64,000 nucleotides of DNA from NCBI GenBank assembly GCA_965644265.1, contig OZ286465.1, positions 72,106,001-72,170,000 on the forward strand, written 5' to 3'. The notes beneath the pieces were generated by a model. It was not told the origin of the DNA. It searched no databases and saw only the letters and a list, made by a program, of their open reading frames with translations. This DNA comes from Glycera tridactyla (taxonomy: Eukaryota). Positions within the stretch are counted from its first letter, which is position 1. The number at the start of each line of letters is the position of its first letter. Below, one piece after another: positions 37,006 through 48,332 of this stretch. Made by a program: the position numbers and the translations under genes.

Positions 37006-38135
37006 CACACAACCATTCATATGCATGCACACACCCAAATACATGTACACATATACAAACACCATACATTCACAAACTTGCATGCACAAATATGCTCGTG
37101 CATACACAGAAACCCACACAAACACACATACTGAAGCCACCAAGCTGTATACCATTCACATGCACTTTGAGTCATTTTCCTTAATCATGATTCCATTCTC
37201 ACTCTTTTAGCATTACTTCAATATCATTTACACTGCTATCTATTATATTTGAACTATATAGAATCATTTATCCAGCTTCTCCCCTTGTTTCAGTTCTGTG
37301 AAAGTCAAATATTCTGTTTTTGTGTCCTTACAGAAGCTATAATTAGGAAGCCACAAGAGTTTCGTGTTATTATTCCCCAAATTCATGGTAAATTCAAGCA
37401 GATAATGGAATCTGTATCGAGAGAATTATTCACCAACGAAGGTGACACCTGCACTTGCCAATTTCATCACTTTTCCAAATTTGTCTTCACAGCTTTCATG
37501 TGAACGCACTCCGAGAATCCACTCTCTACAATCTCTATCTGATACTCTACTTCTGTATAAAGTTCATGACTTTATGGATCCATATCTATGACACATAAGG
37601 TCAGATGTCACTGACAGTGGTCGTATGTAAAGCTGCCGTTACGAGGTCTTACTATGATAAAGGTAGAAATATCTGCTTGGCAGATACCACAAAAATTGAG
37701 TCATGTCCATTTGATTGCTAATATCAGTATCATGGTATGTGGGTTCATATCTGTCATGTACTGCAATGAAACTACATGTTGCACATCTTAACCATTACTT
37801 GGATTTGATATTCCTTTTGCTTTGACACTGTCTTTGTATTTGTTTTCTTCAGTTCTCATTCACCCATTTGTTCATTCCTTCTGTCATTTGTACATCCATT
37901 ATACTGGGTTATCAGAATATGTCAAATCCGGAATCTACCGAGCATAAATTGTGTTCAGAATCTGGCAGTTTCGACACGCTATTCTTCTATCAGTCATGTT
38001 TGAATTGGGAATGGATTATAGAAAAGTAAGTGATTGCCAACAGATCAGAAACTGGATCATTATGTGTTGTTGAGTTTTCAGTATGTACAGAAATCAGACA
38101 TAGGTGCTAAGCCAAGTTTTCTTCCCCTACTATAG

Positions 38136-38729
38136 CTGTACCTGTTGGCAAGGAGAAGGCATTCAACATTGTCACGGCTGGTGCTGGAACGGGTGTCGTA
38201 CAGGTGGCACTTGTATCACCAACTGGCAAAGTGACGCCAGCTAGCGTCGCCGAAACTCCTAATGGATTCACATCCAAATTCACTGCCTATGAACCAGGAC
38301 CCCATCAGATCCACATCACCTTTGCTGGCCAGCCAGTATCCGGGAGCCCATTCACTGTTGAGGCTGTTCCTGACAAAGCCGTCACTGTCCCCAAGGGAGA
38401 CCCAACCAAGGTGAAAGCCTATGGTCCTGGTCTGAAGGGAGGCACTGCTAATGTGCCTGCGGAGTTCACTATTGATACTCGTCAAGCTGGTCCAGGTGGT
38501 CTCGGTCTCACTATCGAAGGACCATGCGAGGCTAAGATTGAATGCTTTGACAAAGGCAATGGCACCTGTGATGTGCGTTATTATCCCACCGAGCCTGGAG
38601 ATTACAAGATCAACATCACCTTTGCTGACAAACCAATCACCAACTCACCATTCACCTCTAAAATTCAGCCGTCCAAGCGTGTTGATGTCAGTGGTATCAA
38701 AGCCTATGGACCTGGCTTGGAGCCAACTG
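38136..38729 (+). CDS. FLNA: Filamin exon: Ig8-like, Ig9-like and start of Ig11-like repeats
   Basis: Acceptor cccctactatag|ct and donor actg|gtaaac. Contains KVKAYGPGLKGG...GGLGLTIEGPCEAKIECFDKGNGTCDVRYYPTEPGDYKINITFAD. Confidence 0.95.
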
Positions 38730-39489
38730 GTAAACTACTCCATCTTGTGGATTGGCATGGCAATCAGTGTGACCCACTTTCTAATCATGAACTGCATCCT
38801 GATTGGCTAGATTGATATAGAAGCTTGTTGAATGTTTCCAGCTCTCTCATAGGTCAGCTCCTTGTTACCAACACCCGGATCGGTTCCTCTTGCAAGCTAT
38901 GATGTGTCAGGATGTTTGATTGGTTAATGATGACAGTTCATTTGCAGCTCAATCACTGTATTGCTGATATGGCAGGATACATGTGTTTGTGTACTCCCCT
39001 CTGTGTTTTCACTAATAAATGTGTGGATATTGATACTTTACTCCCCGACTACATCAGTTCAATGTTGACTAACCAGTGTGGTGATGCCTGCAGCATGACT
39101 CTCTAATATACCTTTTTGCCTTATCGGCAGTACGTTGTTAGATATGAAATGTAACAGGGGCAAATTTTGAACTATTTTGATGAGAATATTGAGAGTGAAA
39201 TTGAAATTGAGGTCTATTTACGGGGACCACAATATTGTAACTTCTGCAGTGTGCGACTTATGTTCTGCTCAACTCAATCTCTTGAGATGATTGCTAGTGT
39301 GAGGGAATCAAAGGGATGTATTCCGGGAAAAAATCCACTTACCTAGGTCAGGTAATCCATCACCTCTATGATCATATCTCATGAGTACATGTTTCAACAA
39401 TAACCTCATAAAATAGATTCTTGTTATCTTTTTGCATCATTTGGATTGCTTGAGAATGATACACATTCTCATCAGCTCACTCTATCATA

Positions 39490-39845
39490 GGCAGAACTTT
39501 TTCAGCCACTCTCCCATCGGTAGAGCAGATTGGGAGAATCACTCTCCCGAGAATGAATTCACTCTCCTGAATTTGTGCAAGTCCCACTAACATATATTTT
39601 CCTGAGGTTAGTTCTTCAGAATCATACATGTGCAGGCAAATGCAATGCCTACTCACAGGGACTAGGGATTATTGTTGGTGTAATCAAAATTGTGGTTTTC
39701 TGTCTTCACAGAAAATCCATCACTCTCTCATCAACTGAAAATTCCCACTCTCCCCATCGGGAGAGTGAGTTGGAAGTTTCACTCTCCCGAAATCAAATCC
39801 ACTCTCCCCGGGATTCGGGAGAGTGCTAAATATGAAGACTGCATA
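39490..39845. repeat. Cluster of CACTCTCCC direct/inverted motifs; possible MITE remnant
   Basis: About 7 cactctcc(c) copies plus inverted gggagagtg; termini not clearly defined. Confidence 0.4.
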
Positions 39846-39908
39846 AGTAAATCATAACCAAGAACATTTATACTGGATGAAGCTATCTTTCATCTGTCTG
39901 AAATTGCT

Positions 39909-40106
39909 CAGTCTTGCATCTAGGAGGGGCCATTTGACACCTTTATTTCAGTTTTGGCCCCTTTTTGAAATTCATGTGGGCCGAGATCCCCCCATATTTT
40001 CAAGGGGTTTTCTTTATTTTGATCATATAAGCCTCTTTTAATCCAGTATTGGCCCCAGAGAGGGGCCAAATTGTCCCCAAAGTGTGAATTCCTAGATGCA
40101 TCACTG
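39909..40106. mobile_element. 198-bp non-autonomous DNA transposon with 17-bp TIRs and an apparent 5-bp TSD (TTGCT)
   Basis: cagtcttgcatctagga ... tcctagatgcatcactg (15/17 match); ttgct flanks both sides (39904-39908 and 40107-40111). Confidence 0.65.
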
Positions 40107-41266
40107 TTGCTGCAGTATGCTACCATGCTGGTTCCAATGTTGTAGTTGGGCGGCTTTCTGGTGTACAAATAGGGATGTCTTATGTCATTGTGATTTTGGC
40201 AAAATGATTACTATTTTTGGCACAATCTTAATCCAGAATTTTCAACCCTCCTCATTTCATTTTTGCCTTTCATTAGATTTCAAAAGTATCACTCGTACAC
40301 GTATTTTTCATGTACCCTGAAAGCTGTTCATGTGGGAGTCGTGTGTGGAATGTTTGTGATCCCATGTGGTTGCTTTTCAGGAGGTTTATTCCCTTACAAA
40401 TTTGATGATACTTGTCCTTTGTTCATACTAATTTCATGTGTGATTTGTTCATTAGGAATGCATTGATAACATTTTCAGTTTGCGTTGTTATAACTAGAGG
40501 TATTCCTCTGTGCTTGCGATCAAAGCTTCTTGTCACCCTACTTTTGTCAGGCATGGTTATCTATTTTTTGACAGTTCTATCATTTGACCCATTTTACCCA
40601 TCAGACAATCAGATCCATTCCACTTGATTCAGCTCAGTATTCAAGTGAAATAAGTCATTTACCTGAGAATATATCAGTATGTAAGTGTGCCCTGTTTTGT
40701 CTTAAGCCTACTATCTTTTGGATCAATAATTTACTTTGTAATGCTCATTGTCCTTCAGACTATTTAGTACAAGTGGCACATTCCCAATATATTGTGAAAT
40801 TTTCTCTATCTCTGGTTGACCAAATATTTTGAAATTTTACTCATTCTCAAGAAGAGAATACCCAAGGATTATGAGGTAGCTCTGTTTTAATGCGGACATT
40901 CTATATTTCTTCTGCTCTATCATTTTCCATTTCATATTGTATTGTTATATCTTTTCTCTGATCGACAGGCATAGTATTTTTCAGCTGTTTTCTTACACTT
41001 TTTATGCCATCATTTGGTTCCATTATATCATCATAATAGGTAGGCTAGTGTCTGAACCAACAAGTAATTCCACCAAAAATTGTCCTCATCTTATGTTTAG
41101 GGTTTGTGTGAGTGATGCCTGGAGGGGATGGAGCATCGAGCTCTCATTAATCAAGGATACACTGCATACATGAACGTTTGTGATGATACATTCCTCTAAA
41201 TTCCAATCAATCAATCAGTCAATCATTTAATCAACAGGGGGTTATATAAGTTTGTTTTCTGTGCAG

Positions 41267-41440
41267 GTGTCTTCTTGGAGTCGACTACTGACTTCACCGT
41301 TGATGCCAAGTCCGTGACAACGAAGGGCGAAGGTGCAGTGAAGGCGTTCATCACATCACCAAATGGAACCCGCATGGAGATGCTCATCAATAACAACCAG
41401 GATGGCACGTACAAGTGCATGTACACACCCATCGAACAAG
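41267..41440 (+). CDS. FLNA: Filamin exon: Ig11-like repeat core (GVFLESTTDFTVDAK...YTPIEQG)
   Basis: Acceptor ttttctgtgcag|gt and donor caag|gtcagt; phase 1-1, 174 nt. Confidence 0.93.
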
Positions 41441-42117
41441 GTCAGTGTCTACTCAAGTTTCTGTCTCATCACCCCCTTGTGGTATTCTTCAAAGGTGGGG
41501 GAAATGAGGGGATCTGTTACTTAAATGAAGTAAATATTGTCTCTACCACAACTGTCAATGCTGCCACTGTCACCATCACCACCACTGCTACCATCATCAC
41601 AGAGAAGCCAATCATTATGACTTTGGAGTAATTACTCTTTTTGAGCCAAAGTTTGGCCTTTTATTTCAAACGTTACTCAAAAATTTCAGGACCCTCCTAT
41701 CTTATCATTGCAAATACTGCCATCATTACTCTTGAAAATTTGCATCATTACTATTTTTGTTCATCAAAGGTTAACATCTCTGACTACCACCACCACCACC
41801 ATATGGTAGTCTCATCCCTATTTTCCACCAAAAAACTATGGACTCGATCAAGAAATTATGCTCACTTCATTTGCTGTATTCCTTCACTTGGTAGATCTTT
41901 GAGAATGCTGCATATCTTCCTGCTTTCTTGGCCAACTTGCTTGGATATTTATCGAGACATATAGAGAATGGAGCAGACCATCAATGTAGTATCAATTATC
42001 TAATGCTTTCAGCATGAGAGACAAGGTTCAATTTTGATGACATATTTTACACAAGTTGGTCAGTCAATAGATTGAGTATTGATCATGATTGGTTGATTAT
42101 TGTGTTGCGTCTTTCAG

Positions 42118-42228
42118 GTCCACACAAGGTCGATGTGACGTACGAGGGCATGCAGATCCCCAAGAGCCCCTTCTCTGTGGAGGTCGTACCTGGATGTGAC
42201 CCCAGCAGGGTGAAGGCTTATGGCCCAG
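42118..42228 (+). CDS. FLNA: Filamin exon: end of Ig11 / start of Ig12 (PHKVDVTYEGMQIPKSPFSVEVVPGCDPSRVKAYGP)
   Basis: Acceptor gcgtctttcag|gt and donor ccag|gtacgt; 111 nt; read by hand, not in the ORF track. Confidence 0.92.
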
Positions 42229-42640
42229 GTACGTGATACTAATGTAGTGGGAAAACAAGAGACCATCATGAATGACAATAATAAGTGGTCACTCGGGAGA
42301 GGTGGTTTCTTGTAAAAGGTATATCTAAGTTGGTTAAAGAGAGGTTTCCAAACTTATGTTTGTTATTGTTTATTATTACTGGGCTGATCCCTCAGAAGGA
42401 TATGTCACATCATTGGTTTCATTGTATGTCCTTTGTAATCATAAGCAAAACAAATAGTATTTCTCAGAGGGTTTACCGATATTATATCATTCTTAGATGT
42501 GATGTTATTGTCTCCCAATCCGGAAGCATTTCCTCAATTCCAGCCTCAGAATCATGCCTGAAATATTTCGCCTCTCTTTGTGAGTCAACCAACCGATGAC
42601 CATCCTGAGCCACTCCAACATTCTGTCACCAATGTTACAG

Positions 42641-42853
42641 GTCTGACTGGAGGTTTTACTGATCAGCCAGCTGTTTTCACTGTGGAGACCAAGGGTGCTG
42701 GCCAGGGTGGTATTGGACTCGCCATTGAGGGACCAGCCAAGGCTAAGATGACTTGCAAGGACAACCGTGATGGCTCCTGCACTGTTGAATACTTCCCAAC
42801 CAAACACGGAGAATATGACATCACCGTCAAGTTTGCCGATCAGCATGTCCCAG
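42641..42853 (+). CDS. FLNA: Filamin exon: Ig12-like repeat (LTGGFTDQPAVFTVETKGAGQGGIGLAIEGP...QHVPG)
   Basis: Acceptor aatgttacag|gt and donor ccag|gtatgt; 213 nt. Confidence 0.94.
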
Positions 42854-43477
42854 GTATGTGACGTTCATTTCTCATGGTCATATTGATAAGGTTTTTTGTC
42901 ATTTTGAGGAGTGAATTTTACCATCTTAAAATCATATTTTAATTCATGGAAGTACTTGCGATCGCAAATCTAGAAATTGCCTCAGCTGTGACAAAGCATT
43001 CTGAAATAAATAATGTTCAGTCAAATCAATACTAAGCAGTCATGATTGGGGAGGGCAGTAGGTGGTTTCTGTGGACAGGTGGTTGCTTAGGCAGGTGCAT
43101 TATAGTGAAAGGCCTTCAGTGGGAAATCCAAAATTGGCTGCTTGAGACAGGTGGAAACATGGAGGATTCAACTTTACCGAGATGCATTCATTAAGATTTG
43201 TTGAAAAAGGAACAATACAGGAGCCATCTTGCATGTAAAAGGGTGATTGAATAGAATAAAATTTGGGGTGGTGCATCAACTCTGCAGATGCTAAAATTTG
43301 CCCATCATGCCTCATCCTGTGTTTGTACCAAAAAAATAACTGGATTGATCGGAGGAAACAAGGAAATATCAACTTCTGATTTTATCACTCTGTGAAATTT
43401 GTCTTTGTACCCAAAATTCAATTGAGTCCCTGTTTGATTGAAGAGTTAATAATCCTGTGATTTTTTGTGATTTCCAG

Positions 43478-43772
43478 GCAGTCCATTCAAGGCCAAGATC
43501 TTGGATGCCATCTGCCCAGACAAGGTTTACTGCTATGGCCCCGGTATCGACCCCAAGGGTGTCCATGCTTCCGTACCAACTGAATTCACAGTTGATGCCA
43601 CAGATGCCGGAACGGCTCCAGTCGATGTTGTCATCACTGATCAGAACGGACAGCGTAAGCCCTGCAAGATCATCCCTCAGATGGAGAATGTGTACAATGT
43701 TGCATACACCCCTGAAAAGGTCGGCTCATGCAAGGTCGAAGTGAAATACGCCAATGCACCAGTACCTGGCAG
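43478..43772 (+). CDS. FLNA: Filamin exon: Ig13-like repeat (SPFKAKILDAICPDKVYCYGPG...APVPG)
   Basis: Acceptor tttccag|gc and donor ggcag|gtgagt (phase 2). Confidence 0.93.
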
Positions 43773-44241
43773 GTGAGTGTACAGCCAAGACTTCTGGTTA
43801 CATGACCCTAAATATGTTGTGAATAACTACCTTTCACAGTACCTTTGGTTGGATTTGAAAGTTGAAGTTTCTACGACCATCTTAATTCTTTTACTTCATG
43901 AGTTAGTGTTGTTGTCATGACATCTGCAGATCAATGAAATCATGATATTCAAAAAGTCCTAGAAGATCCGGATCGACCAAAATATAGATTTTATTCTTCA
44001 TCTCAATTTATTAAGTTTCGGGCATAGATATACATGTACACTTCTTGTTTGGATTGGTGTTCAGAATGGAGGAACACAGTTCAGGTCATCCCCATCACGC
44101 AGAAGAGTTACCCCCCCCCCCCCCCCCCCCCATTTGAGATTAGTGGAGTAGCCAGACCAAGTTGACTCTGTTTGAATCACTCCACAATTCTGATCAGGGT
44201 GAAATGTTATGAATACTACACCGATATTGTTTTGTTTTCAG

Positions 44242-44398
44242 TCCATTCAACGTCAAAGTGAACCCCACATGCGACCCCAGCAAGGTCAAGGTGTATGGAG
44301 ATGGAGTACAGCCACAAGGTGTACTCGCCAGTATCCCAGTCACATTCGTTGTTGATGCCAAGGAGGCTGGACTCGGTGACCTCGACATTGCTATCAAG
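44242..44398 (+). CDS. FLNA: Filamin exon: N-terminal half of Ig14-like repeat (PFNVKVNPTCDPSKVKVYGDG...DLDIAIK)
   Basis: Acceptor ttttgttttcag|t and donor aag|gttagt (phase 0). Confidence 0.93.
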
Positions 44399-44799
44399 GT
44401 TAGTAAATCAGTAATACCCCCCCCCCCCCCTCCTCTTCTCTGCAGGTAAAATCAGCACTGAATCCTTGAAAACTTCAATCTCGTGGTTGCAATTGTCACT
44501 CAGATACCACAGATGAATTTCACCATTAATTTTCATGTCATGTATAAGCTGATTTTTTTCTGTCCAGTAGGGGGTATTATTTTCATCACTCACAATGAGG
44601 GATCAGGAGATTATAAGGATAACATCAGGCTTTCAATGTTTTAGTAAGAAATTATGAAATCCTGTGATGGATTCTTATGATAGACACCTTGTTTTTGCCT
44701 GATGATCAGTATTACTGTAGACTGGCCTGGAATTTTAGCAAGTAGAGTAGCAGCATTTTGGTGTTGATTTAACTAAACATGCGTCTTACCGCTTTGTAG

Positions 44800-44989
44800 G
44801 ATCCAGAGGGCAACTTCCTTCGTCCAAAGGTTACCGATCTTGGTGATGGAACATATGAAGTATCCTACACTCCAGAAGACATCGGGTGTTACAACATTGC
44901 CATCAAGTTTGGTGGTGTCATGGTACCCAAGGCACCCTTCCTTGTCAAGACATCGCCAACTGGTGATGCCAGCAAAGTCAAGGTGCCCG
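44800..44989 (+). CDS. FLNA: Filamin exon: C-terminal half of Ig14 and start of Ig15 (DPEGNFLRPKVTDLGDGTYEVSYTPED...GDASKVKVP)
   Basis: Acceptor gctttgtag|gat and donor cccg|gtaagt; read by hand, not in the ORF track. Confidence 0.93.
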
Positions 44990-45548
44990 GTAAGTTTCCC
45001 TGAATAATTTTTCTCATTTGATATTTATTTGCTTTACTTCCTTGTGTAGCAACTCTACTGATACCTTTGATGGTTAAATGAGATGTACTTTGACTAATAT
45101 AGTCAGAGGATGACTGAAAACATGATGACTATTACTCATCAATTTTGATTGATAAGTAATGTATTCATAAAGATTGCTTGTGAAAGTTGACATACTCTCC
45201 ATGATGCACAGTTCTGCAGTAATGCTATTCCATGCATCTTAGTCACTCTCTCCCCTAAAACATCTCTGGGTGCTCAGTTACATTAATCAAATGTTTCTTT
45301 GGTCATCTGTTAGACTCAGAAATATCAATTTATCCATGGAAATTACAGTTGCCTCCATTCATATGTCTCCATTTCATTGTAATTATGGCAGTATTTGGCT
45401 ACACACTTTATCACTTGTCAATTTGATTAATGCCCAAGAATCACACCCAACTTATTTATTCGTAAGGAGAAGATGTGAAAACTTCCATACTGTTCATAGC
45501 GGACATTTCTGCATAACTATGGCTACATTGCACTCATTCTATTTTCAG

Positions 45549-45793
45549 ATAACATCCCGACCACAATCCCCGTTGGTGAGGAGTGTGTGATCACCGTCAA
45601 TGCTGCTGAGGCAGGACATGGTAATGTCACTTGTCGTATCCGTAGCAACACAGGCAGTGATGTTGATATTGACATCGTTGATAACGGCGATGGCACCGTC
45701 AGCCTCATGTACACCCCACGTATCCCAGGTGCTTACACCCTTAACATCAAGTTTGGTGGCCAACCTGTACCCAAGGGACAGATCACACAAACG
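45549..45793 (+). CDS. FLNA: Filamin exon: Ig15-like repeat (NIPTTIPVGEECVITVNAAEAGHGNVTC...GQITQT)
   Basis: Acceptor cattctattttcag|at and donor acg|gtgagt (phase 0). Matches recalled FLNA Ig15 IQIGEETVITVDTKAAGKGKVTC. Confidence 0.93.
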
Positions 45794-45879
45794 GTGAGTG
45801 TTCCTACTATCTATATGTAGATATACCCTTTCATTCATTATTTATCCATCCATATATTCATTCATTCATTCATTCACAG

Positions 45880-46055
45880 TACAGTCAAACCTGCTCAAGA
45901 GGCCACCTCTCTGTGAAGGCCACCATTGCCTACAAAGGCCACCCTGAGCTGCAACCTGACAGTATTTTCAACAGTAAATGACCTACGAAAGCCACCTCAT
46001 GAAGGCCACTTTTTTATGCGACCGAAGATACCCTTTATAGACAGGTTCGACTGTA
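45880..46055. mobile_element. TA-flanked MITE, same family as 28893
   Basis: tacagtcaaacctgctc...acaggttcgactgta. Confidence 0.75.
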
Positions 46056-46918
46056 CCTTGTTTCATCATTATTCTCGTTTTTATTATCTGTATCATTGTA
46101 CTCCTTTTATGTCCAGTTAGCACCAGTCATTTTGTGGCACTTTCCATTTGAAACCGCAATATAACTTTCATGCAAAATGAATTGTTTTTGTGCTCCCTTT
46201 CATATCCTCCAACTTTGGCTTATATCTTCAAATATCCAAGCATTTGTTGTATTTGAGTGGCTTTTTTTCACCATGAAACATGCATATTTCACATCTCTTC
46301 TTACCCAATGGAACATACATATTGTAATGATCTTTAAAAAAAGACTGTTTCGGTTTTTTGGAATCTAAATCTATTCTTTCATAACATTCTCAAGGCTTCA
46401 GTGTGAATTTAAAAAGAGAAATGAATCATAGAATATCACGATTTTCGTTGAAATCATATTTTCAGTCACGACTTTCTTGCATTTAAGCATGCCATGCCCA
46501 TGTGCTGTGCTTCAAATAATTGGATTTCCACACTGCATTTCACTTGCTTTGTTTTGGCTGTACTGCAGTTGCAAACAAAAAATCTCTTTTGTAAAGTTAC
46601 ATATCGGTTATTGCAGTGATATATTTCATATTCGATTTGGTACCATTCTCTTATGTTACCAGTTTGTTTTTTACGTTCAACATTTTTGTTTCCTGTATAA
46701 TTGGTCAGGAATTTTGACCTTATTAACCTTCATACATGTTGTAATATGTCAGTACCCTGCACTCTCTCCACTCACTTTACACACTTTTACCCCTGATGAC
46801 ATCAGTATTTCTACACACACCCAGCACATCCATCAATAGTACCGTGAAACATTTTTCTCTACACACATTGAGCCATGCACCATTACTCACTAGTTTATTC
46901 AACATTATGATGTTTTAA

Positions 46919-47235
46919 TACAGTGGGACCAGTGATGAGACACCACCTGATGAGAGACCACTCCATTCAAGAGACCACTTTTCAGAAGCCTCCTTTTCTA
47001 TTGGTCTAGTGGTGCCAATACATTTTTGGAATTCAGAAAAATTTGGTGAAAATTCAAGCTAAGAAATTGACTAAATTCTTGCTGGATGTTTCAGAACATA
47101 TCCATATAAGGACATGTTTTAGAAAAATTATCCATATTTACAAAAATTCCAAAGCAGCTCATACAAAAGATCGGCCCATTTGTAACAATTCACTGAGGAC
47201 ATTTTGGGTGGTTTCTCATCGCGAGTTTCACTGAA
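46919..47235. mobile_element. MITE of a related subfamily (CAGTG...GATGAGA-ACCACC ends)
   Basis: 5' tacagtgggaccagtgatgagacaccacc versus the reverse complement of the 3' end, ttcagtgaaactcgcgatgagaaaccacc. Confidence 0.55.
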
Positions 47236-47321
47236 TATGTCTATAAAGTAGCACCCTCCATCATGTGAGTTGATTCGTTAGTGATAAGAAAGTCTCATCA
47301 TGTTGTCATGCTGTCAACTAG

Positions 47322-47615
47322 GTGGAATATTTAGACACTGATCTCCTAGATCAGGTATGTGAGCCACAATTTGAGCAGTCCATCGTTGATGAGCAGCTGA
47401 TGGCCCAGGTTAGTGAGCCACTATCACAGGCTCCTCTCCGTGTCCGAGACCCCATGGCTGATGTCACAGAAACCATAGATGGTGTTCCTCTTGGCAAGGA
47501 ACATGTATATGAGAACATTCCCGGTATCACGGCTGATGAAATGAGCCTCCCTGGTGTAACCGTTGATGAAAGCACCACTGATGGGTCGCATATATACCAG
47601 TGTATCGATGAACTG
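47322..47615 (+). CDS. FLNA: Probable alternative hinge-1 cassette exon (98 aa) with internal in-frame donors at 47354 and 47408
   Basis: Acceptor tgtcaactag|gtg and donor ctg|gtatgt; phase 0-0; ORF 47322..47633; acidic non-Ig sequence located between Ig15 and Ig16. Confidence 0.6.
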
Positions 47616-47667
47616 GTATGTGGTCGTAAATAAGGAAGTTTCAGATTAAGTTCAAACAGCTGGAATT

Positions 47668-47722
47668 AATAATAATGATAATAATAATGATAATAATGAT
47701 GATAATAATAATAATAATGATA
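47668..47722. repeat. (AAT/GAT)n microsatellite
   Basis: aataataatgataat... run; a similar run lies at ~56256-56310. Confidence 0.9.
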
Positions 47723-48332
47723 ATGTGCATTTATGTAGCGCTTTTTCCTCATAGAGCTCAAGGGCGCATTACATAGGCATGTACCTGGAAAATAAATGTA
47801 TGGATTCTGTATGTCTCCAATGTAGAAACAAATTTGAGATGAAAAAGTGATTTCTGGATTATTGGACTTTTGGCTTCTTGTAATTGCCAGAATATAAGCT
47901 GATTCAATGTATGAGTTGACCCCATCATCTTGCCTTGAAAGGGTGATTTTAGTCACCACACAGGTTCGGATGATGAAAATCTGCTTCATTCAATCCAGAT
48001 GAGATCATGTCATAGAAATTTCTACAAATCACAATGGGAAAACCCACATGCCCATGCCCATTTCTTGTAGATAAGGTTCAATAAGTTCTGCTTCAGTAAT
48101 TATGTGGTTATTATCATAGTCAGCACGCAAACACTCAAGTACTATAAAAGTGATTTACAAACTTGATGATTCGTCAAAGTAATCAGGCTCATTTTTGGAA
48201 CTCAGTGAATTAGGACCCCGTTTAAAAAGATTGCTCTTTATTACCGGATTCCTGTGTAGGAAGAAAATGAACTTTGCCACCAGTCACAGCAACACCCAAT
48301 ATTTAATTGGGAGAGTTGTTCATTTCTTTGAG

